Assembly (NCBI GenBank): GCA_977016875.1
Contig: CDRNST010000054.1
Location: 310,001 to 374,000 of the forward strand
DNA length: 64,000 nucleotides
Source: Pavona decussata
Lineage: Eukaryota
Reading direction: 5' to 3'
Part shown: in pieces, positions 1 to 11,600 of the stretch
How positions within the stretch are numbered: position 1 is the first letter of the stretch
How the letters are laid out: every line of letters starts with the position of its first letter
Made by a program: the position numbers and the translations under genes
The notes under the pieces: model-generated
Told to the model about the DNA's origin: nothing
The model's database searches: none
Seen by the model: the letters and a program-made list of their open reading frames with translations, nothing else

Positions 1-2181
1 ACACGGCTATACACGCCTATACACAGCTATTCATGGCTATACACGGCTATACATGCCTATACACGGTTATACATGGTAATACATGGCAGTACATGGCAAT
101 ACATGACTATACACGGCTATACATGGCAATACAAGGCTATACATGTCTATACACGGCCATACATGGCATTACATGGCAATAAATGGCCATACATGGCTAC
201 ACATGGCAATACATGGCTATACACGGCTATACATGGCTATACACGGCTATACACGGCTATACATGGCAACACATGGCAATACATGGCTATACACGGCTAT
301 ACATGCCCATACACGGTTATACATGGCAATACATGGCCATACATGGCTATACATAGCTATACATGGCGATACGTGGCTATACATGGCCATACACGGATAT
401 ACATGACTATACGTGGCTACACATGGCCATACACGGCTATATATGGCAATACACGACTATACATGGCTATACACGGCAATACACGGCTGTACATGACTAC
501 AAACGGCTATACATTGCTATACACGGCTATACATGGCTATACATGGTAATACATAGCAGTACATGGCAATACATGACTTTTCACGGCTATACACGGCTAT
601 ACACGGTTATACAAAGCTATACATGGCTATACACGGCTATACATGGCTATACACTGATGGCAATACACGGCTGTACATGGCTACAAACGGCTATACATGG
701 CTATACATTGCTATACATGGTAATACATGGCAATACATGGCAGTATATAGCAATACATGACTACACATGGCTATACACGGCTATACATGGCTATACATGG
801 TAACACATGGCAGTACATGGCAATACATGACTATACACGGCTATATATACACGGTTATACATGGCTATACACAGCTATACATGGCTATACATGCCTATAC
901 ACAGCTATACATGGCTATACACGGCTATATATGGCAATACACGGTTATACATGGTAATACATGGCAATACATGACTATACATGGCTATACACGGCTATAC
1001 ATGGCTATACACGGCTATACACGGTTATACATGGCAATACATGGCTATACACGGCTATACACGGTTATACATGGCTATACATGCCTAAACATGGCAATAC
1101 ACGGTTATACACGGCTATACGTGGCTAAACACGGCTAAACACGGCTATACATGGCTATACATGGCAACACATGGCAATAAATGGCTATACATGCCTATAG
1201 ACGGTTATACATGGCTACACACGGCTATACATGGCAATACACGGTTATACATGGTAATACATGGCAATACATGACTATATATGGCTATACACGGCTATAC
1301 ACGGCTATACATGGCAATACATGGCTATACACGGCTATACATGGCAATACACGGTTATACACGGCTATACACTCCTATACATAGCTATACACGGCTATAC
1401 ATGCCTATACACGGTTATACACGGTTATACATGGCTATACACAGCTATACATGGCTATACATGGCAATACACTGTTATACACGGCTATACACGCCTATAC
1501 ACAGCTATACACGGCTATACATGCCTAAATACGGTTATACATGCTAATACATGGCAATACATGGCAGTACATGGGAATACATGACTATACACGGCTATAC
1601 ACGGCTCTACATGGCAATACAAGGCTATACATGGCTATACACTGCTATACATGGCATTACATGGCAATACATGGCTATACATGGCTACACAAGGCAATAC
1701 ATGGCTACACACGGCTAATACATGGCGATACACGGCTATACATGGCTATACAAGGCTATACACGGCTATACACGGCTATACATGGCAACACATGGCAATA
1801 CATGGCTATACACGGCTATACATGGCGATACACGGCTATACATGGCTATACACGGCTATACATGCCTATACACGGTTATACATGACAATACACGGCTATA
1901 CATGGCCATACACGGCTATACATGGCATTACATGGCCATACATGGCTATACATGGCAATACATGGCTATACATGGCCATACATGGCTATACATGGCTATA
2001 CACGGCTCAACACATGGCAATACATGGCTATGCACGGCTATACATGCCTACACACGGTTATACATGGCAATACACGGCTATACATCGCTATACACGGCTA
2101 TACATGGCATTACATGGCCATACATGGCTATACATGGCTATACAAGGCAATACATGGCTTTACATGGCTATACACGGCTAA
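1..2181. repeat. 10-bp minisatellite (ACAYGGCTAT)n, runs off the left edge of the window
   Basis: About 218 degenerate tandem copies of ACACGGCTAT/ACATGGCTAT/ACATGGCAAT. It explains all the HGYTRLYMAI-type ORFs. Confidence 0.98.
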
Positions 2182-2439
2182 TGGCTGTATATGGCATTTA
2201 ATTAACTATTATAATACACTTTACCATTTTTATTATAATTATGATACACTTTAATAACCCTACTTAAAGTACCTACCCATTTGATTAGTTACCAGCTCTC
2301 CTCTGGGAAATGGGAAATTGAGCCAGCGATCGGTAAGTACATGCAGTTTTGCGAACGAGAAGGAAAGTTCAAGGAAAGTCAATTTAGCTTACGCGAAAAA
2401 TTCAAAGATTTTCTGCTAAAAACAAACTTGTTTTCAGAA

Positions 2440-5400
2440 ATGCTTATCAAAGTGAAGGTAAATATGCTTTGATGCAGGCTTGAACATTTGTTTTTTTTGT
2501 TTTAACGCCCGTTTTCTCTTTTGTTTCGTCGCCCTTTGTGATCAGACCTTGACAGGAAAAGAGGTTGGTATTTTTTCTTTATATAGATTTTACATTTTCA
2601 GAATGTACGCTGTTATGAGATCAGTGGTATTTGCACCCTATTGAAACTCAAACATATATTGAAAATTTAAGTGGCCCAAATTTCCTTGTTATGAAGTTAC
2701 CCAAATGTAATTTATTTGGATAACTAAAAAATGTAGCCAGCCATTTTTCAAATCAGAATGAGAGCAGACCAGTTTTGTAAATAATTTTATTATTATGTTT
2801 AATCCTTCAAAGTACCATGAAAGGTATAGTCAAAGCTTTTGAAATGAAATGTGATCACAACTGTTAAAAATTTTCAGGGCCCGGCTCCAGGCTAACGGTA
2901 GGCAACAAGCCTCAGACTAGTAAAAATTCAGTGTTGGCTACTGAATAAATTTTGCCTTTAATTTCACAAGCCATTTTGGCTAGTTAAAATTGTAAGGCAC
3001 TACAAGTTCAAAGAAAAATGAAAATTATTTACAATTTACTGTTACCAGATAGCCCTCATCACGGTTTTCAACGCCATTTTGACGAGTAGGCAAACAGGCT
3101 TGAAATAACAGTGTTTGTATGGAAATCAGATGCCAAATTACTTTCATACAACATCGCTTCTGAACAATTCATGAATTGGAAACTTTTAGCACTAGGAAAA
3201 GATTGAGACTGGGGCTGACTGTCATGGCGGCCAGGGCACGAAAGAGCTAGCTCCGTAAAACTTGGGCGTCCTTATCTGTTTAACCTTATTGAATTGGTAT
3301 GCGGTGAGCTTGAGTAGATTAGTAACGGCAGTTTACAATTTATTGGACTAGAAGTATGTCAAAAACGTCAAAAGCCAAAGAGAAAAAGCGTTTGCGAAGC
3401 TCAAATTCGTCAACTGGAGAAGTAGTGGACGACTCGCAAATAATTGAGAAACTTATAAGTATTCAGGATAGAATTGAGAACGGCTTCACCAAGATTAATG
3501 AAGAAATTGCAGCCCTAAAACTTGAACTTAAAAACGACATCAAAACTGTCAGAGAGGATCTAAACGAGGCTACAAAGTCCTTAAACGCAGTTTGGGAGGA
3601 GGTCACTTTGCTACAAGAAAAGAATAAAACCCTACAACAGCAACTCGACAGTACCACAGAAGAGAATGCGAAGTTAAAGGAGGATTTGGAAGCCGTAAGA
3701 GTTCGAATGGTGAAGCAAGAAGACTACTCCAGAAGAGAAAATTTGCGCTTCTACAATATCCCAGAAAGCGCTCAGGAGACGAACGAGGAATGCATTCAAA
3801 AGGTGAAGCAAGTCTTATCCGATCTAGGTGCGCCTTCGGACATCAAATTTCATGCCATCCACCGTACAGGAAAGCCCAATACTAACTCCGGAGCTTCCTC
3901 GACATCAGAAGGAGAGCCTCGCCCGAGACCGATATTGGCACGTTTTGTCTCTCGCATGGATTCCGAGTCAATTTGGTTCAAGAGGAAAGAGCTTCGCAAA
4001 AGTTCGCGCTTCGCCACCGTGTCAATTGATAAAGATCTCTCACCTGAATCGGCAAGAGAACGAGCCAAACTTCGAGTTGCCTACAGGAAAGCAAAGGAGT
4101 TGAACATTGAAAAAGTGTTTATTAAAGGTAAAAATCTGATTATTAACAGTAGTAAATACTCGGTGAACACTTTGCCGGAATATCTTGTAGCACATCAAGA
4201 TGGTAGTAACAACTGATCAGCCACTTTCTTTTTTTGTTATGGTAAAAAAATCGTCGTGGCAACTAGCTATATTTTGTCTTTGTAAAGCTAAATATCGATT
4301 AAGCTTTCTCAAGCACCACTAAATTTACTTAAAGTTTTTTTTTTTTTTTTTTTCTACCTTTCTAATCAGTTTTAAGAATGTTCTACCGATGCAATATTTT
4401 GTGTACCTTTATTTACTTTATCAGTACGGCGCTTGTGCTCGGTGAAAATCAGAGTTGTGATAAAATTTGCATACCATTTAAACACGTATTTAGCATATTC
4501 AAACAGTTAAGTTCGCCACGGTTTCTTTTCGTACCTGGTATTGTTATAAGTCCAAAGTCTCAAGGGTCTTATTTAGGTTTAAATCTCAAGACCCTTTTAG
4601 AACCTCATTATTATTCTTTTGTGTGGGTGTGAGTGTGTATTGGTTTTGTATGTATGTGTCCTATTGTTTCCGTGTTTGGTGTAAAGGCGGTTATCATGAA
4701 GCTACCGTTTTGAAAATAATTTGTTTTTATGACACATTGATTATATATTTGCAAGCAGCAAGGAGAATGTAAATTTTAAACTTCTTTCACTTAACGTTCG
4801 TGGAATTCGATCGCCGGAAAAAAGGAGAGCTTTGTTTGTCTGGTTAAAAAAACAAAAAGCGGATATAATTTTCCTTCAAGAAACATATAGCTCGAAAGAC
4901 ATTGAGAATATATGGAGAACTCAGTGGAGTGGGAAAATGTTTTTCGCGCACGGAACAAACCACAGCTGTGGTGTGATGACACTCATAAGGAAAGATTTAG
5001 ATTTTGAAGATGAATCGTGCCTATGTGATCCAGCTGGGAGATTTATTATTTTAAATGCGACTGTGCAAGGAGTTAAATATATTTTTGCCAATATTTATGC
5101 ACCAAATAAAGTGCGTGATCAGTGCACATATTTTAAAGATTTACAGGAGAGGTTGGATGGTATAATCTCAAGCCCTGAGCAAAAAGTTGTCATTGGAGGC
5201 GATTTCAATGTCACTTTTGATTCTAATTTGGATTGTCTGGGTGGGTCGCCAGCCCAAAAAGAGTCGGTTAAGGTACTTGAAGAAATTTGTTTTGATATGG
5301 ACCTCGTTGATATCTGGAGAATAAGAAATCCGGATGGAAGACTATTTACTTGGAAGCAAACAAGACCTTTGATCCAAAGAAGACTTGATTTTTGGCTGAT

Positions 5401-8400
5401 TAGTGACATCTGTCAAGATGAAGTTGAACAAGTTAAAATTATACCCTCTATAAAATCAGATCATTCAGCAATTACACTACTTTTCAATGGAATTGAAGAA
5501 CAGAGACACGGTCCGTCCCACTGGAAATTTAATTCTAACTTAACTAAGGACGAAGAGTACATAAAACTTATTACGGACAGCGTCCCAGCTTGGATTGAGG
5601 AGTTCAAAGATGTAAATGATAAAAGAGTGCTTTGGGATCTAATAAAATATAGAATTAGACAAGTATCTTTGAAATACAGTAAAGAAAAAGCACGGTTAAG
5701 AAAAGCAAAAATACTTGAAATTGAAACGTCTCTTACATTTTATCAGAAAAAGTGCGCTGCCAATCCGTCAACAGAAAATTTTGAGCAGCTTGAAATTCTC
5801 AAAAGTAAGTACGACGCGCATTTTGATTATCTCTCAAAGGGTACTATCATTCGATCTAGAGCGTCTTGGTATGAGAAGGGGGAAAAAAACACTAAGTACT
5901 TCTTAAGTCTAGAATCTCACAAAAAAGCTAAAAGCTGTGTTCGCAAAGTATTTACTAAAAACGGAACTTTAAGCTCAGATCCTAAGATAATTATGAACGA
6001 ACTCGAAGATTTTTACACTGTTTTGTACGATAGTGAGGGTAACGTGCCAGACTGTGCAAATTTATTCCTCCGACATCCTGAAATCCCTAAACTATCGTCA
6101 GAGAAAGCAGCTACGTGTGAGGGCAAACTAACAGTGGAAGAATGTCTTCAAAGTCTTCAGTCTTTCAAAGAAAATAAATCACCAGGCAATGATGGACTTA
6201 CTGTAGAATTTTATAAAACATTTTGGGGTATCTTAGGTAAGTTATTAGTAGAAAGTCTAAATTGTGCCTTTGACTATGGCGAGTTATCGAATTCACAAAA
6301 GCAAGCGATTATAACACTTATAGAAAAGAAAGGAAAAGACAGGAGACAAATTTCAAATTGGAGACCGATTTCACTTATAAACTTAGACACAAAGATCGGA
6401 TCAAAAGCAATTGCAAGGAGACTTCAAAAGGTGATACCCGATATAGTACACTACAATCAAAATGCATATGTAAAAGGAAAGTCTATATTTGATGCAGTAA
6501 GAGCAATAGATGATATTTTAGAATTTACAGAAAGAGAAAAGATCCAAGGCTTAATGGTAGCAATAGATTTTAAAAAAGCTTTTGACTCGATTAATAGGAA
6601 TTTTATGTTAGAGACGCTATCCGCTTTTAACTTTGGTCCTACTTTCATGCGGTGGATTAGGACCTTCTATCAAAATATAACTAGTTCGGTCATGAATAAT
6701 GGTTTTTCGACAGGCCCTTTCAACATACGTAGAGGTGTTAGACAGGGCGATCCTCTATCACCATATTTGTTCATTATCTGTTTGGAAACCCTTGCCATCA
6801 CCGTGCGTGGAAATAAAAACATTCAAGGAATTCTAGTAGGCAAGGAAGAAATTAAATTAGAAATGTTTGCTGATGACGTCACAGCTTTTCTGAGAAATAT
6901 CAGATCTCTTGAAGTTCTTCTTCATACTGCTGATCTGTTCAATAAGTGTTCTGGACTCGAAATAAATTTCGAGAAAACTGAATGTATGTTTTTAGGTAAT
7001 CATGTCTCCTCTATGGCCGCAACCGTCATTTCCTCCAAAAACATATGCGTGAAGCACACGATTAAAATTTTAGGTGTGTATTTTACATATAATGATAGTC
7101 AGAGGAAAAAGTTAAATTTTGATGAGATTTTAAGATCAATCAAAGAGAAGTTACAAATGTGGAAGTGGAGAGATCTAACTATTTTAGGGAGGATTCAGAT
7201 TGTAAAGACATTTGTGATACCGATATTCATGTATCGTGCCGGTTTAATTTGCGTGCAAAAAGATATCGTGACAGAGGTCAACAAATTACTTTTTAAATTT
7301 ATTTGGAAAGGGAAAGACAAAGTCAAACGTTTATCTCTCATATCTGACTTGGATAAAGGTGGACTGAAAGCACCCCATCTAGAATCAATTATAAAGAGTC
7401 AAAGGATCATGTGTTGTAAGAAATTTGCTGAGAATCAACAAAGTAATTGGAAGATTATCCTATCCCATTATATGAAGAATGTGGGATCGAAATTGATTTT
7501 GCGTTGTGCATTTGATCTAAAGAAATTATGTATTCAATTACCCAAATATTATGAAGAGTGTTTCCGATGTTTCGCAGAATATTCAGTCGCAAATAAGTTA
7601 ACAGAACAAGCATTGTGCCAAGAGATACACAACACAGTTATTTGGAATAATAAGTTTATCTGTATACAAGGCAAGTCTGTTTTCTACGAGGCATTGTTTG
7701 AAAAAGGAATAATTACACTGGAGGATCTTAAGACTGATGGGAATGATGTTATCACAGGCTTTCAAATTATGGCTAGTGCGTCATTTACACCTAAAGAAAA
7801 GTTTCAGCTTATGGCGATTATAGACGCAATACCAACACAGTGGCGACATCATTTAAAAATATGCAATAACTATGAATCCAATTCTTCGGTTCCCAATATT
7901 GCTCAGTTACATTTGAATGGTCACAATATTCGTCTCGATAAAGCTATCTCGAAAAATATTAACAAAGAAGCCCGCTCAAAGGTCGAGATTATACCAACCG
8001 CGCAGTCAAAATACTCGGAAAAATATAATTATCAACTAGATTGGCAAGAGATATATTGTATTCCCTTTAGAGTGACTGTAGACTCCAAATCACGTGAATT
8101 CCAGTTTAAGGTGTTACATAGGTATTTAGCGACGAATGAATTTCTCCATAAAATCGGCCTGGTATCTTCGTGTCTATGTACATTTTGCAAAAGAGAAAGT
8201 GAAACCATTGAACACCTCTTAATAGAATGTGATTACTCGAACAAGTTTTGGCAGGATTTAATTAAATGGCTCAATATGATAGATATCAAAGTGGAAGCGT
8301 TATCAGAGATTGACAAAATTTTTGGAATCTGGAAAAGGCAAGTAGACTTTCATCTTCTTAATCATTTCTTGATTCTGGCGAAACAGCATATTTACTCTTG

Positions 8401-8573
8401 TCGAAATAAAGGCTACCCGCCTTCACTAAGAACCTATCTTGCAAAAGTATCCCTAATATATCAAATTGAAACAACGATTGCTGAATCAAATGGTAAACGT
8501 GCTTTTCACGACGCTAAGTGGAAAAAGTTTCTACTCAAATAATTGTAGTTCATCTGGTAGCTTGTAGTTTATT

Positions 8574-8609
<36 letters not shown>

Positions 8610-11600
8610 TTTTTTTTTTGGTATTTATTGTCTCATCTATTAATTTCCTACTGTTTGTATTTTAATTATAAAACCTTTGTAATTAGCTATATACAACCGC
8701 TTTGTCTGAATCAATTCTTGTAAACAACTTTAATTAATAAAAAAAATCAATAAAATACAAAAAAAAAAAAACTAGGAAAAGGATTTTAGGAAAAAAAATT
8801 TGAGGGATGTAGCTGTGCCAGAAAGCGTCCAGTCGTGTTTGAACTTTCCATACATTTGTCTGTAAAGCGAACCAGCTGTGAACTGCTACTAAAAATAGTT
8901 CGGGGAAAAAAATACAGGGAAATATATGGAAAGTTTAAAACATGACTGGATGCTTTCTGGCACAGCTACATCCCTCCAATTTTTTTTCGTAAAATCCTTT
9001 TCCTAATGCCAAAAGTTTCCAATTCATGAATTTTTCAGAAGCCATGTTTTATGATTTCCATACAAACACTGTTATTTCAAGCCTGTTTGCCTACTCGTCA
9101 AAATGGCGTCGAAAACCGTTATAAGGCCTATTTCATAGACGTGGCTGCTTAATTTCAGACAAGTTGAAACAGGTAAAAGGAAACAAAGGAATACGAAAGT
9201 GACAAATGGCTCCTTCCTGCCATGTGTGAATGAAAAGTTTGTTTTGGCTCGTAAAATCAGACCTTTTGCTAGCCACTGGGCTAGTGAGCTAAAAAGTTAG
9301 TTCCAAGTCCTGTTTTTATAGACTTTGCCACAGTTTTGGAAGCCATCTTGATGGGTAAGCAAACACGTCTGGAATTAAATAACAGTGTTTGTATGGAAAT
9401 CCGACGTTAAACAATTTTCATGTAGCATTGCTTCTGAACAATTCATGAATTGGAAACTTTAGGCGCTAGGCAAAGGATTTTACAGAAACAACTGAGGAAT
9501 GTAGCTGTGCTAGAAGTCATTTAGTTGTGTTTTGACATTTCCATACATTTGTCTGTAATCTTTTCCAGCGAACCAGCCGTGAACTGCTATTAAAAATAGT
9601 TCGCGGGAAACAAATACAGGGAAATATGTGGGAAGTTCAAAATATGTCAGCTACATTGGTGAGACCACTCACCACATTTCTACTGTATGCGTATCCCGGA
9701 GCACCTGCACTCCCATATTATGAAACATCTTTTAAATTCAACGGCTTGTCACGCTGTATGTAGACTCTGCCTGAACTAAATTCCAACTCCAACAAAAGGA
9801 AGCAATGCATATTTAAGTGAAAAAACATACAGTATTCTCAATCAACAAGTTAAACATGTTAATCTGTCGTTTTCCGTGTAAGATCTCTTTCTGTATGTAT
9901 CATAACTGTTAGTTAATATTATTTCATAATGTAATTTTCATTTAAGTATTAAATGTTAGTCAACCTATCACGATCTGGGATGTAGTTTTACATTGTAACT
10001 GATGATGGCATTTGAACATGCCAAAACATTTTTTACAAACTGAAAAACTTTGTTCTCTCTTTGCAATTTGTTGTCAGTCTGCTGCTTTCTCAACAATTTG
10101 GAATTTTCTCTATATGCCATGACAATAATTGTAGGACAAATACCTTCTAAGGGACATGCTTGCTGTGTAAGTTTGAAAAATTCAAGCAGAATTAAAGTCT
10201 GCCAAACTCCTATTGATCTACACTTAAATTGGAGCCATGTTTGCCCCCTGCAAACAAGACAATGCAAGAAACCGTGAAAAGGCCCATAAACGCCAGCAGA
10301 ATCTCTCCTTTATCCATACAGAGTAGAGTTGTGCTCTGCAAAATAGAGAATTAACCATATTACCTGCTTCATTATATTTTTCCATTTAACATTTCCTTAA
10401 TTTCATTTTGCAGATTGAGATTGATATTGAACCATCAGACAAGGTAGGAATAGCCTGCATTAATGTAGCTGGCAGCATTGTCAGTGCAAAGTTTAAGTTT
10501 AGTGGCAGCGGCAGAATGATTGGCATAAGCTGTGAGAAAATACCGCTTACAGGAAAACCACTGGGCACCAGTGCATGGGAAAGAGTTTGAGATCTGGGAA
10601 CCTTTCAATCAAATGTTAGATGATCTGTCACATATTTCAGATCCCAAGGGGGAACTAAATTCATTGTTTGTAATAGGCAAGAATGGAAGATGCACTAGAA
10701 GTGAGCGTCCAGAAAGCTTTATATTGTCTCAATATTCAGAGAGCCTAGAAAAGATATCATGGTAATCAACAACCTTTTTGGCAAACATCTGATATTTACA
10801 ATTGCCCCCACTGCAACAGACCAAATGTGGTTTAAAGCAATGGCTCCAGTTGTGTTCTTGTTATTTCTCCATTGACGAGCATTATCAAGGACCAGATAGC
10901 TCAAAATGCTGTCATGGACGGCAAAGCACTTCAGCTGTCAAGAGAAAATGTGGCATAAGTTTTAAATGATTCATCCATTGTTCTCTATTGCACAGCAGAA
11001 AAGTCATAAATTCGTTATTTAGTAGCAGGCAGTATTTTCTCATGGCTTAAATTTTGGCAAAAACTTTACCTTTGCATCGACAACACCTGATCCACTTTAC
11101 AGGGCACAAATAGGTAGGACTGGTAATAATGTTATGCTTGCCTTTGATAAGTGAAGAAGGTCTGAGCTCTCTTGCAAAATAATGATCTCAGGACTCTTCC
11201 AGGACAAGCGGCTCTGTTCCACAGCATTGTTGATAGAAAGGCGCAAATTTTGCACACTGGACCAAGAACACATGATTGCTTACCCCATTAATACATGTAA
11301 CTGCAATTGCTTTAAAGTGTGTTTGACAGATATATTTGTTTTGCTTGATCAAATCTTGATGTTGTTGTCGTATCAAAATCGAAAAAAAAAATCCTTATCA
11401 ATGCTTAGTCTTGTGGTTTACCTATTCCTCAGTTGTTTCATTCTGACTATTCAACAATCCCATCATTTTTGTCCACACAGCTTTCTTACTCTGCACACAA
11501 AAAACAACAGAGAAATAGAGAAATTGTGAGACTAGTGTTCCTGTATTTAGGTCACAGCCCTACTATCCCTAGTTGCTCGTCTTGTGTGGTATTGTACCCA

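Larger units (their letters stand above)
3202..8770 (+). mobile_element. Full-length L1/Tx1-clade non-LTR retrotransposon in NEDD8 intron 2
   Basis: 5'UTR, ORF1, ~0.5-kb spacer, EN-RT ORF2, 3'UTR with (TTA)n, AATAAA and poly(A). TSD ACTAGGAAAAG at 3191-3201 and 8771-8781. Confidence 0.95.
3049..9131. mobile_element. Palindromic MITE split by the L1/Tx1 insertion
   Basis: Left arm ATAGCCCTCATCACGGTTTTCAACGCCATTTTGACGAGTAGGCAAACAGGCTTGAAATAACAGTGTTTGTATGGAAATC (3049-) is the reverse complement of 9054-9131. The MITE sequence resumes directly after the LINE poly(A). Confidence 0.88.

Noticed and set aside
1-2181. CRISPR-like array
   Set aside because: There are no unique spacers or cas genes, and the context is eukaryotic. 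The same applies to 52861-53059.
73-2254. Many overlapping His/Tyr/Trp-rich ORFs
   Set aside because: These are translations of the 10-bp minisatellite, which gives the same decapeptide in all three frames.
4378-4632. 84-aa ORF between LINE ORF1 and ORF2
   Set aside because: T-rich spacer sequence with no domain; expected by chance.
2875-9312. Outer hAT-like element enclosing the MITE and LINE
   Set aside because: The CAGGGC../..GTCCTG ends match only loosely and there is no 8-bp TSD.
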